Assembly: GCA_035569605.1 (NCBI GenBank)
Contig: DATMMS010000001.1
Span: 91,521 to 155,520, forward strand
Origin: Candidatus Solibacter sp.
GTDB taxonomy: Bacteria > Chloroflexota > Dormibacteria > DASZGP01
Direction of reading: 5' to 3'
DNA length: 64,000 nucleotides
The notes below the pieces were generated by a model that saw nothing but the letters and a program-made list of their open reading frames with translations, did no database searches and was not told where the DNA came from. Positions 9,340 to 20,160 of this stretch are shown one piece after another. The position numbers were made by a program, and so were the translations under genes. Positions within the stretch are counted from its first letter, which is position 1. Every line of letters starts with the position of its first letter.

Positions 9340-10327
9340 GGCATCCGCCGTGCTGGCTTTCGACGAGGTCGACGCCACCGTCGACGCGATCGCCGCGGTT
9401 CAGCTTCCCGACGGCAGCATTCCCTGGTTCCCCGGCGGCCAAATGGACCCCTGGAACCACGTCGAGGCGAGCATGGCCCTGGTGATCGGCGGCCGGGTCG
9501 AGGCCGCCGAACGCGGCTTCGACTGGCTGCTTCGCAACCAGCGCCAGGATGGCGCCTGGCACGCGTACTACCGCGGCGGCGAGGTCATAGATCCGACCCT
9601 GGACACCAACGTCACCGCTTACATCGCCACCGGGGCCTGGCTGCACCATCTGGCCACTGGCGACACCGCGTTCCTGCGCCGGCTCTGGCCTGCGGTCGAG
9701 GCCGCCATCGAGTTCGCGCTGCGCCTCCAGCTGCCCGGCGGCGCAATCAGCTGGGCCGCCGATCTCGACGGCAACGCCTGGTCCAAGGGTCTGCTGGCCG
9801 GCTCCTCCGCGGTGCACCTCAGCCTCGTCAGCGCCGGCAGGATCGCCGGCGCCCTCGGCCATCCGCGGCCGCGGTGGCGGACGGCCGCGGATCGCCTGGC
9901 CACCGCGATAACCGGCAGCCCCGAGTCGTTCGAGCCCAAGCACCGGTGGGCGATGGATTGGTACTACCCGGTGCTAGGGGGAGCCTTGTCGGGCGCCGCG
10001 GCCCAGGCTCGGCTGGCGCATCGCTGGGACGAGTTCGTCGTCCCCGACAAGGGCGTGCGCTGCACCGCCGACCGTCCCTGGGTGACCGCTGCCGAGACCT
10101 GCGAGCTGGCCCTGGCGCTGGCGCGAATCGGGGATTTCGCCGAGGCGGGCCGGCTGGTCGAATGGGCCCAGCACCTCCGCGGCGACGACGCCGCCTACTG
10201 GACAGGCGCCAACTACGACGACGGAACGCTGTACCCGGAGGAGCAGCCGACCTGGACATCCGCGGCCGTGGTCCTGGCCGCCGACGCGCTGGCCGGTGGC
10301 CCGGTCCTGGACCTTTTCTCGGACTAA
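9326..10327 (+). CDS. Prenyltransferase/squalene-oxidase-repeat-like (alpha/alpha toroid) protein
   Basis: Repeated DG-W / Q-DG-W type segments (LPDGSIPWF, RQDGAWHAY, LPGGAISWA). 14-nt overlap with the methyltransferase gene. Confidence 0.65.
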   Translation: MQRPEASAVLAFDEVDATVDAIAAVQLPDGSIPWFPGGQMDPWNHVEASMALVIGGRVEAAERGFDWLLRNQRQDGAWHAYYRGGEVIDPTLDTNVTAYIATGAWLHHLATGDTAFLRRLWPAVEAAIEFALRLQLPGGAISWAADLDGNAWSKGLLAGSSAVHLSLVSAGRIAGALGHPRPRWRTAADRLATAITGSPESFEPKHRWAMDWYYPVLGGALSGAAAQARLAHRWDEFVVPDKGVRCTADRPWVTAAETCELALALARIGDFAEAGRLVEWAQHLRGDDAAYWTGANYDDGTLYPEEQPTWTSAAVVLAADALAGGPVLDLFSD

Positions 10328-10463
10328 ACTGTCCAACTCGCAGGATTCGCCAACCATCGGCGGCTCCGCGGTTGCCGAACTGGCACCAGACTGTGTCGGC
10401 TCCAGGCCCAAGGTTTACCGGCTCTTGCTTATTCCCGTCACCCAATCGGAATAGGCTTCAGCC

Positions 10464-11591
10464 ATGCTTGGTGGAGCCGGCGACCCAGAGCCCGATGTCA
10501 TCGCCCGCCAACGCGGCGGCATCGTTGTTCGCGCCGCGCAGCTGCGGTGGGGAAGCGTCCTCCTCAGCCTGGTGATGGTGCGGCTGACGCTCTACCCGGC
10601 GCCCCTGGCTCCGACCGCGCTACTTTGGATCACGCTGGCTTTCGGGGTCCTCAACGTCCCCCTGCTGTTCGCAAACCGGGTGTCGGAAAGGACCGCCAAG
10701 CTCATGGCTATCGCTTCGGTGACCCTGGACTTCCTGGTCGCCACCGCCTGGACAGTGCTCACCGTGAACGACCCGACGGCGACCACCTACGTCGTCTTCA
10801 TGCTGGTGGCGGCCGAGGCCGGGTTGCTCTTCCAGTGGCGAGGCACGGTCGCCTTCATCGCCGTCTTCGTCCCGGTCTTCGCCGCCTTTTACGTCTTCCG
10901 CACGATCGCCTTCCACTACCCGTACCACGCTGAAAACCACGTCTTCCGGACCGGCATCGTCTGCCTGCTGGCGACCATTATCGGAAGCCTCAGCAACTCC
11001 ACCGCGCGGCTCTTCGCCGAGGTCGAGAAGCTGTCGCTGACCGATCCGCTGACAGCCCTGGGTAACCGCCGCGCCTTCGACCGGAGGCTGGCCGAGGAGG
11101 TCGAGCGGGCCAAGCGGTACGGCCTGCCCCTGAGCCTGGCGATCATCGACATCGACCACTTCAAGATCGCCAACGACACCCACGGCCACACCGGTGGCGA
11201 CGAGATCCTGCGCGGCCTCGGGCGCCTCTTGGCGGACCGGATGATAAGGCGTACGGACGTGGCCTACCGCTACGGCGGCGAGGAGTTCGCCGTCATCATG
11301 CCGGAGACCGATGACGCCGCCGCGGCCGCCGCGGTGGCCCGGATGCACGACGCGGTTCGAGCCGAGGCGATGCCGATCGGGGCCTACGCGCGGGACCTTC
11401 GGGTGAGCATCAGCGTCGGCGTGACCAGTGGCCGAGGCCCGGCGCTGGCGGCGGCTGAGCTGGTGGAACAGGCGGACAGCGCCCTGTACAGCGCCAAGGA
11501 GTCGGGTCGCAACCGGACCGTCGTCTATCGAGCGGCCAAAGCGGCGCCACCCTCGACGTTCAGCCCCGTGGGCGCCGCCGCAGGATCCTGA
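10464..11591 (+). CDS. Membrane-anchored diguanylate cyclase (GGDEF domain)
   Basis: About 5 N-terminal TM helices, then DPLTALGNRRAF...RYGGEEF (GGEEF active site) and an RxxD-like I-site context. Confidence 0.85.
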   Translation: MLGGAGDPEPDVIARQRGGIVVRAAQLRWGSVLLSLVMVRLTLYPAPLAPTALLWITLAFGVLNVPLLFANRVSERTAKLMAIASVTLDFLVATAWTVLTVNDPTATTYVVFMLVAAEAGLLFQWRGTVAFIAVFVPVFAAFYVFRTIAFHYPYHAENHVFRTGIVCLLATIIGSLSNSTARLFAEVEKLSLTDPLTALGNRRAFDRRLAEEVERAKRYGLPLSLAIIDIDHFKIANDTHGHTGGDEILRGLGRLLADRMIRRTDVAYRYGGEEFAVIMPETDDAAAAAAVARMHDAVRAEAMPIGAYARDLRVSISVGVTSGRGPALAAAELVEQADSALYSAKESGRNRTVVYRAAKAAPPSTFSPVGAAAGS

Positions 11592-12183
11592 GCGAGCCCA
11601 CCTCGCTGACCTCGTCGTAGTCCCCGGACTCCAGGGCTCGAAGGTAGACAACGAACGGTGGTCTGCCGCCGTCGCGGGGATCCGGAAAGACATCGTGGAT
11701 GGCGAGGCTGCCGCCCGGGAGAAGGTGCCGGCTCCACCCGTCGTAGTCCGCGTCGACCGCCTCCTGGGAGTGGCCGCCGTCGATGAAGAGCATCGCCAGC
11801 GGCGTCCCCCAGCTGGCTGCGATTGTGGCCGAGCGCCCCACCACCGCCACCACGGTCTCCTCCAAGCCGGCGGCCGAGACGGCGGCGCGAAAGTGAGGCA
11901 GGGTGTCGAGGCGCCCATCGCCGCCGAGCAGGCGCGGGTCATGGTATTGCTGGCCTGGCTGGTTCTCCTCCGATCCGCGATGGTGGTCGACGCTGAAGAG
12001 CAGCGACCCTTCGCGGGCCGCCGCCGCGCCCAGGTAGATCGCCGACTTGCCGCAGTAGCTCCCGACTTCGAGCAGCGGGCCCCTGGCGCTCGCGGTCAGC
12101 GCCTCCTGGTAGAGCGCCAGGCCCTCGTCGTCGGGCATGAAGCCGATCGCGTCGCGAGCGGCCTGCTGCAGCAGGGGATCCAC
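11560..12183 (-). CDS. Class I SAM-dependent (O-)methyltransferase, Methyltransf_24-like
   Basis: LLEVGSYCGKSAIYLG SAM motif, FIDGGHS, LLPGGSLAIHDV. The 3' end overlaps the convergent GGDEF gene by 32 nt. Confidence 0.75.
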   Translation of the reverse strand: MDPLLQQAARDAIGFMPDDEGLALYQEALTASARGPLLEVGSYCGKSAIYLGAAAAREGSLLFSVDHHRGSEENQPGQQYHDPRLLGGDGRLDTLPHFRAAVSAAGLEETVVAVVGRSATIAASWGTPLAMLFIDGGHSQEAVDADYDGWSRHLLPGGSLAIHDVFPDPRDGGRPPFVVYLRALESGDYDEVSEVGSLRILRRRPRG

Positions 12184-12196
12184 GCTCGACCGCTCC

Positions 12197-13024
12197 TCAG
12201 AGCGGCAGGTTACCGCTGTAGAGGATCACTTTCCCCGTCACCTGTCCGACCAGGGTCAGTACCACGGCCACGTACAGCAGCCCGGTGGCGGACATCAGCG
12301 ACCGCATCCGCGTGCTCTGAAAGGCCAGCGCGGTGATCACCAGCGGTAGGGCGATACCGGCCGCGACGTGCATCCAGAACGTCAGGCTATAGCCGCCGGA
12401 TATCACGTCGTGAGTGCTGGGGAAGCTGGCGCGACCGTCCAGCAGAAGCAGGGCGGCAGCGGCCAGGCCCGCTTGCAGCACAAACCCGCCGGCGAGGATG
12501 GCGAGCAGGATGAACAGCGGCCGGGTGCTCAGGTTTGGCACCACCAGGTACCAGTGGCCCAGCAGCATCGCGGTGGTCACGGTGCCGATCGTGATCGCCG
12601 AGAGAAGAAAACTGGCGGCGGTGCCGTACGGCCCCCAGGTCGGGGTTGGGAAGGCGTAGGCGCTGGCGATTACCGAGGTCAGCCCGATGGACGTGGCCAG
12701 GATGCCGACGATCACGTGCAGCACCGGTGGGCGCAGGTAGACCGCGACCAGGTAGAGCAGGAAGAGGACCATGAAGAGCGCCGACAGCCGCAGTGCCGGC
12801 TGCAGCCAGGCGCGGTTGACGTAATGCTCGGTGAGGTGCGACGGGTCGGGAAGAAAGTACTGCCCGGCCACGCCCAGGGCGCCGATCAGCAACAGCACAC
12901 CACCGGTCGACGCGAGGAAGCCCCTGGTGACAAGGCGCGTGACGTCTGTGATGAAGAGCGCCAGCATGCCCCCAACCGCCACCTCGACCACCGCCTGAAG
13001 GGTTATCAGCGGGATCGCTAGCAT
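12197..13024 (-). CDS. Polytopic membrane protein, unknown function
   Basis: About 8 hydrophobic helices and strong GC3 bias. A -10-like hexamer lies 6 nt upstream of the ATG. Confidence 0.65.
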   Translation of the reverse strand: MLAIPLITLQAVVEVAVGGMLALFITDVTRLVTRGFLASTGGVLLLIGALGVAGQYFLPDPSHLTEHYVNRAWLQPALRLSALFMVLFLLYLVAVYLRPPVLHVIVGILATSIGLTSVIASAYAFPTPTWGPYGTAASFLLSAITIGTVTTAMLLGHWYLVVPNLSTRPLFILLAILAGGFVLQAGLAAAALLLLDGRASFPSTHDVISGGYSLTFWMHVAAGIALPLVITALAFQSTRMRSLMSATGLLYVAVVLTLVGQVTGKVILYSGNLPL

Positions 13025-13030
13025 CGGCAG

Positions 13031-13699
13031 ATGATACCGCCGGCACCCTCAGACCCATCTCCCCCAGGCGCAGGTAGCGATTGGCGGAGCCTCCACCACG
13101 AGATTCTGGCCTGCACCAGGTGCGTTCAGTCGGGTCATATCCAGAGCGCCGCGCCGATGTTCCAGGGCCGGCCGGGTCAGCCGCTGATGCTGATTGGACA
13201 GGCGCCGGGCATCGTCGAGCTCGGCCCGCGCAGGCCCTTCGCCGGCCGAGCTGGGAAAGAGCTGGAGCGGTGGTGCAGGCGTGCCGGCTTCGCCGACGAC
13301 GACCACTTTCGCAGTCTCACCTACGTCACCTCGGTGACGAAGTGCTTCCCCGGCAAATCGCGCTCCGGTGGGGGCGACCGCCGTCCCAGCCGGGTCGAGG
13401 TCGCCCAATGCCGACCCTGGCTGGATTCTCAGCTCTCGCTGCAGCGACCGCGGCTGATCGTGCTGGTGGGGACGCTTGCGATCGAGCAGTTTTCGGACCA
13501 CCTTCCGGGTAGCTCACTGGACGTCCTGGTCGGCGAATTGTTCGACAGCAATGGCGGGGAACCGCTCCTGCTGCCCCTGCCACACCCATCTGGGGCCAGC
13601 CGCTGGCTCAACCAGCCGGCGCACCGGGCTCGGCTCAACGACGCCCTCGACCTGCTGGGCCGGACCTGGCCCAACCTCGTGGGGCACGCCTCAAGATAA
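13031..13699 (+). CDS. Uracil-DNA glycosylase superfamily protein (family 4/5-like)
   Basis: LMLIGQAPG motif A, C-terminal HPSGASRW motif B, and N-terminal Cys residues (ACTRC). Confidence 0.8.
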   Translation: MIPPAPSDPSPPGAGSDWRSLHHEILACTRCVQSGHIQSAAPMFQGRPGQPLMLIGQAPGIVELGPRRPFAGRAGKELERWCRRAGFADDDHFRSLTYVTSVTKCFPGKSRSGGGDRRPSRVEVAQCRPWLDSQLSLQRPRLIVLVGTLAIEQFSDHLPGSSLDVLVGELFDSNGGEPLLLPLPHPSGASRWLNQPAHRARLNDALDLLGRTWPNLVGHASR

Positions 13700-13711
13700 A
13701 CTCAGGCTGAT

Positions 13712-14200
13712 TTGGCAGACGACGAACGTCCCGCGGCAGGCATCGAGGGGACTGAGGTCGAGCTGAAGTCGCCCGAGCAGATCCTCGAGTCGATCTTCGG
13801 CCCCACCCCCCAGGCCACGCCGACGGAGCAGGCTGAGCGCACCCTCCGGCGACCCAAACGCGTCGTTTACATCGCAATGAGCAACCGCAACTTCCACTGG
13901 CGAATGCATGTCACCAAGTTCGTCCTCGACGAGGGCTCGGTGCCGGTCAACCCGTTCATGCTCTTCGACTACTACCTGATGCACACCGTCAACAAGGACA
14001 CCGTGCGGGAGGCGATGAACAACCTGCTGGTCAAATGCGACGAGTGCTGGGTCTTCGGCCGGATGAGCCTTGGCGTCAAAGTCCAGGTCGGGATAGCAAA
14101 ACGCCTCAAGAAGCCGCTGCGGTTCTACGATATCGCTGACCTGCCCGAGAGAATCATCCGTATCTCCGAGAACCTGGCGGAAGAGGAGGCCAGGGACTAG
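13712..14200 (+). CDS. Hypothetical protein, possible nucleoside 2-deoxyribosyltransferase-like fold
   Basis: Good coding bias. The pattern VVYIA...CDECWVFG..SLGV..QVGIAKRLKKPLRF resembles DUF4406/NDT-like proteins. This assignment is from memory only. Confidence 0.5.
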   Translation: MADDERPAAGIEGTEVELKSPEQILESIFGPTPQATPTEQAERTLRRPKRVVYIAMSNRNFHWRMHVTKFVLDEGSVPVNPFMLFDYYLMHTVNKDTVREAMNNLLVKCDECWVFGRMSLGVKVQVGIAKRLKKPLRFYDIADLPERIIRISENLAEEEARD

Positions 14201-14230
14201 CCGGCGGCCGGACCAACATAAGGGGAGCTT

Positions 14231-15625
14231 GTGACAGACGAAGATCCGGGACCGGACCTTCCCCAATTCCCTGTCGCCCCGATCCATTTCCCACCGGAGC
14301 CCGACGCGCCTCTGACACCCCCGCAGCCGCCGCCGGCCACCCCACCGAGCCCCGGGCCGCCGCCGCTCCAGGCCGCCCCTACGCCTCCGGCAGCGCCCTC
14401 GCCCCCGGCCGCCCAGCCGACTCCGGCGCCTGCCCCTCCGCAGCCGAGCGCGGCGCCTTCCGCCGCTCCGCCTCCGCCAGCCCCGCCGGCGGATCCGGGG
14501 ATCTACCGCCCCCCGTTTGTCAGCCCTGGGTATACGCCGCCGACCGCCCCCACCCGGTATACGCCGGCGGCACCGCCGCCGCCCCCGCCGCTTCCGGTTC
14601 GGCCCTTGCAAGCCCCGCCGCCGGCCCCGGCGACGGTCCCCTGGGCGGCGTCGCCGGCTCCGATCCCGGCGCCGGCTCCGATCCCAGCAGCGGTGCCGGC
14701 TCCGGTCGCGGCGGCGATGGCGACCCCGGCCCCGACCGCGGCGCCGGCGACCCCCACCGTCTCCCGGGTCAGATTTAGCCGGCGGACCTTGTGGCTGGCG
14801 CTTGGAGGCGGAGGGGCTCTCGTGCTCCTGGTCGCCTACCTCTTGTCAGGACCCTTGATCTCGGGTTGGGAGGCCGGCAACCAGACCGACGCCCTCAACG
14901 CCACTGGACGGGATATGACCAAGATCGACGCCTTTCTCAGCGAGACGATCGTTCGCGACTCTAAGAAGACCGATGCTGTCGCTTTCAAGGCGGCGGTCGA
15001 CGTTTACGCGGCAAAGCTCACGGACACAGACGCCACCCTCGCTGCCGACCAGGATCGTCTCGACCGCCTCAACCGCGACATCGATTTCTACGGCATCTTC
15101 ACGCCTTTCGAGTCTGGCAAGGCTCACGCCAACGACGCCACCATTCGACACGCCAAGCTGGCGCTTGACGCGGTCGCCAAAGCCGTCGCCATCGATCGCA
15201 CCGAGCTTTCGTTCTACAGCGCCTTCATCGCCGCCGAGGTCGACTCCGAGGCTGCCGACAAAGCCGTCACCGCCAAGGACCTCACGGCTGCCAGCCTCAA
15301 CTACCAGAAGGCGGTCAACGACCTGGACCAGTGCAAGGTGTTGTCCTCCGACTCCGACATCGCTCCCCAGTTCCTGCCGGTGATCGTCGCCTTGGGCAAG
15401 TTGATGACCGACGTCGCCGGCATGGCTGACACCGCCAGGGCGAACGACCCTGTTGGCTATCTCGGCTATGTCCAGCGGTTGATCCAAGACAGCACAGTCA
15501 TCACTTTTGACCAGCAGGCCTACCTGACCTGGTACTCGCAGAAGTTCGACCCTCTGGAACGGGCCTTTCGCGCCAACGCGGTGGCGGTGCCGCGCTACAC
15601 CGTAACAACCACCACCCTGGTCTAG
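14231..15625 (+). CDS. Pro-rich single-pass membrane protein with a helical extracytoplasmic domain, unknown function
   Basis: Strong SD (AAGGGGAG) upstream of the GTG start. About 175 aa of Pro/Ala-rich sequence, one TM helix (LWLALGGGGALVLLVAYLL), then about 260 aa of helical domain. Confidence 0.7.
   Translation: MTDEDPGPDLPQFPVAPIHFPPEPDAPLTPPQPPPATPPSPGPPPLQAAPTPPAAPSPPAAQPTPAPAPPQPSAAPSAAPPPPAPPADPGIYRPPFVSPGYTPPTAPTRYTPAAPPPPPPLPVRPLQAPPPAPATVPWAASPAPIPAPAPIPAAVPAPVAAAMATPAPTAAPATPTVSRVRFSRRTLWLALGGGGALVLLVAYLLSGPLISGWEAGNQTDALNATGRDMTKIDAFLSETIVRDSKKTDAVAFKAAVDVYAAKLTDTDATLAADQDRLDRLNRDIDFYGIFTPFESGKAHANDATIRHAKLALDAVAKAVAIDRTELSFYSAFIAAEVDSEAADKAVTAKDLTAASLNYQKAVNDLDQCKVLSSDSDIAPQFLPVIVALGKLMTDVAGMADTARANDPVGYLGYVQRLIQDSTVITFDQQAYLTWYSQKFDPLERAFRANAVAVPRYTVTTTTLV
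14243..14765 (+). repeat. Coding Pro/Ala-rich low-complexity region
   Basis: CCG/GCC-rich codon tract encoding PPxP / APxP repeats. Confidence 0.7.
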
Positions 15626-15635
15626 GGTTCGGCGG

Positions 15636-18077
15636 CTAGACGCGACGGATCAGGTCGCGCTCCAGCGCTCTCATGGCGCTGTATACGGTCGGTCGCAGAG
15701 GCGAGTCCTCGGCCACCGCCCACTCCAGCTGCCGGAGCGTGGAGTAGAGGGAGCGAATCGCCTTGATCGCGTCTCCGAACTCAACCATGGGCGGCAGCGG
15801 GATCTGGTCCAGGGGGTCGCCACGGGCCCATCGATAGGCGAAGTCGACATAGTCGCGCGATAGAGGCCGGAGGGTCTGCTCGCCGTATGCCTCCTCCAGC
15901 TCGCTGAACCGGTAGTGCAGGCTGCGCAGGCTGTGATACAGCTCGCGGATCTCCAGGCTGGGAAAGCGGTTGCGTGCCGACGGGCCGGACTCCGCCGGGC
16001 GGCCGCGGCCGCCGCGCCGGGGCCGGCCGCGATCCTCGGCGGCCAGCATCACCAGCACCGCGCACAGCTCGGTCGGATCAAGGTGATCGAGCCAGCCCTG
16101 GTATAGGGCCTCGCTGAGGATGAGGCTGTTTTCTCCGTAGATCCGGCTGGCCAGCATGCCCTTGTCGGAGGGCTTCATCCCGTACAGGAACCCGGCCTCC
16201 TCCAGCACCTGGATGATGCTGTGCAGGTGGCGGGTGTAATCGTGCATGGCGGCGTCGATGTCTTCCTGGCTCCGCCGGATCTCATCCTTCAGCGCCCAGA
16301 TCTCGGACTGCCAGGCGCGGTGCTGGCGGATGTTGGGGCAGCGCCGGACGGGGGACTGTTCGTGCCGGTGCTGGATCTCCGCGATCTCCTTGCGCTGCGC
16401 CTCGAGCTGGTCCTGGGTCAGACCGGAATCGCCGCGATGGTAGTGGTCGCGCTTGGCTCTGCGGACCCGGTTGCGAAGGGTGTGGAGTGAGGCTTCGTCC
16501 TTGAAGTACTGCTGCACGTCCTCGAGCCGGCACTTCTCTTTCCGCGAGGGTGTCATCGCCATTTTCTCGAGGTCCACAAGGCGCTCCTCGAGGTTGGCCA
16601 GCTCGCGCCGCCGCTGCTCGGCGGCCTGTCGTCGCTGGAACTGACCGAAGCAGCGCTCCATCAGCAGCTCGGCCTCCTGGATGTCGCGATTGCGGAGCAG
16701 GTTGAGCGCCATGTTGTAGTTGGGCGCGAACTTCGACTCCACCACCATGTCCTCGCCCATCGCCGCCTCGTAAATCACGCCGATGTCCACCTCAGGGTCC
16801 TTGAGGATGACGCCGTGACCGACCTTGTCGATCCCGCGCCGCCCCGCTCTCCCCATCAGCTGGGTCAGCTGGCCCGAGGTCAGCGAGGGGAACCCGCGAC
16901 CGTCGAACTTGGTGAACGCTGAGATCACCACCGAGCGCGCCGGCATGTGGATCCCCAGGGCCAGTGTCTCGGTGGCGAAGACCACCTTCACCAGCCCGGC
17001 CTGGAAGAGCTCTTCAACCAGCTCCTTGAGGAACGGCAGCAGCCCGGCGTGGTGGACCGAGATCCCCTGGACCAGCATCTCGTGGTTGAGCAGCCCGCGG
17101 TACAGGTTGGCTTCGTCGGCGTCGACCACCTCGGCCATCTTGCCGGCCACGAATTCCTCGATCCGGGCCTTCTCGGCGCTATCGGTGAGATCCAGGCGGT
17201 GCATCGCGCACCGCTGCATCGCCTCCTCGCAGCCCCGCCGGCTGAAGATGAAATAGATCGCCGGGAGCATCTGCTGCCCGGCCAGGCTTTCGATCACCCG
17301 GGTCAGGCTGTTGGATTCGACCTGGCGTCCGCGCGGCTCGAACCGGCGTCCGCCGCGGCGCCGGTCGCGGTCGAAGCGGTGGTCGGCGGCGACCTCCTCC
17401 TGGGCTTTGTTCCAGGTTCCCCGAACCACCTTGCCCTGCTCGTCGAAAAGCGGGTAGAGGCGGTTCTCCATCGCCAGCCAGAGGCGCAGCTCGGTGGGCC
17501 GCCTGGTCACCGAGACCACTCCCATCTCGCCACGATGCGACGCCATCCAGTCGGCCACCTGCTGGTAGTTGGAGATGGTGGCCGAGAGGCCGACGAAGTG
17601 GATCTGTGGCGGCGCCTGGATCATGACCTCCTCCCAGACCGCCCCGCGAGGGTAATCGTCGATGTAGTGGACCTCGTCCAGCACCACATAGCGAACGTCA
17701 TTGAGCCGGTCGGGGTCGTCGTAGATCAGGTTGCGCAGGATCTCGGTGGTCATCACCACCACCGGCGCGCGCTCGTTAATGGTGTGCTCGCCGGTAACCA
17801 GGCCCACGTAGCCGTCGCCGTGGCGCTTCTTCAGGTCGCGGAACTTCTGGTTGCTGAGCGCCTTCAGGGGAGTCGTGTAGATCGCCTTGACGCCGTCCTC
17901 GAGGGCCTCGAATATGGCGTAGTCGGCGACCACGGTCTTGCCTGAGGAGGTGGGGGCAGAGACCAGGACACCCTGGTGGGTGCCAAGCTGCTCGATCGCC
18001 TCCACCTGGAACCGGTCCAGCTCAAACGGGACAGTGCGACGAAAAGCATCGATCCGGCTTTCAGTGCCAACCGTCAT
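15636..18077 (-). CDS. helY: Ski2-like DEAD/DEAH-box RNA helicase (HelY-like)
   Basis: Walker A APTSSGKT, DEVH box, SAT, HHAGL, QLMGRAGRRG, and a C-terminal arch/DSHCT-like region. Confidence 0.9.
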   Translation of the reverse strand: MTVGTESRIDAFRRTVPFELDRFQVEAIEQLGTHQGVLVSAPTSSGKTVVADYAIFEALEDGVKAIYTTPLKALSNQKFRDLKKRHGDGYVGLVTGEHTINERAPVVVMTTEILRNLIYDDPDRLNDVRYVVLDEVHYIDDYPRGAVWEEVMIQAPPQIHFVGLSATISNYQQVADWMASHRGEMGVVSVTRRPTELRLWLAMENRLYPLFDEQGKVVRGTWNKAQEEVAADHRFDRDRRRGGRRFEPRGRQVESNSLTRVIESLAGQQMLPAIYFIFSRRGCEEAMQRCAMHRLDLTDSAEKARIEEFVAGKMAEVVDADEANLYRGLLNHEMLVQGISVHHAGLLPFLKELVEELFQAGLVKVVFATETLALGIHMPARSVVISAFTKFDGRGFPSLTSGQLTQLMGRAGRRGIDKVGHGVILKDPEVDIGVIYEAAMGEDMVVESKFAPNYNMALNLLRNRDIQEAELLMERCFGQFQRRQAAEQRRRELANLEERLVDLEKMAMTPSRKEKCRLEDVQQYFKDEASLHTLRNRVRRAKRDHYHRGDSGLTQDQLEAQRKEIAEIQHRHEQSPVRRCPNIRQHRAWQSEIWALKDEIRRSQEDIDAAMHDYTRHLHSIIQVLEEAGFLYGMKPSDKGMLASRIYGENSLILSEALYQGWLDHLDPTELCAVLVMLAAEDRGRPRRGGRGRPAESGPSARNRFPSLEIRELYHSLRSLHYRFSELEEAYGEQTLRPLSRDYVDFAYRWARGDPLDQIPLPPMVEFGDAIKAIRSLYSTLRQLEWAVAEDSPLRPTVYSAMRALERDLIRRV

Positions 18078-18214
18078 GACGACGGCCTCGACAGGTCGGA
18101 ATTACCCACAACCACGTCTGCTATATTGCATCCCTTCCACTTTGTGGTCCTTCCGTGAAGCCCGTCGGGATGCGGGCGGATAAGGGTGGCAAGTCGGCGT
18201 CCCGTGGAGTTGGC

Positions 18215-20125
<1,911 letters not shown>

Positions 20126-20160
20126 CCACCTCGCCTGACGGGCCGGGCCCGGGAGCCGAG

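Noticed and set aside
11560-11591. 32-nt 3'-3' overlap of the GGDEF and methyltransferase genes as a sign of frameshift or pseudogene.
   Set aside because: Both ORFs keep full-length domains. Short convergent overlaps are plausible in this compact genome.
15636-18077. Large DEAD/DEAH helicase as part of a defence island.
   Set aside because: Its motifs and C-terminal architecture match the conserved Ski2-like HelY RNA helicase. It has no nuclease, methylase or other defence partner.
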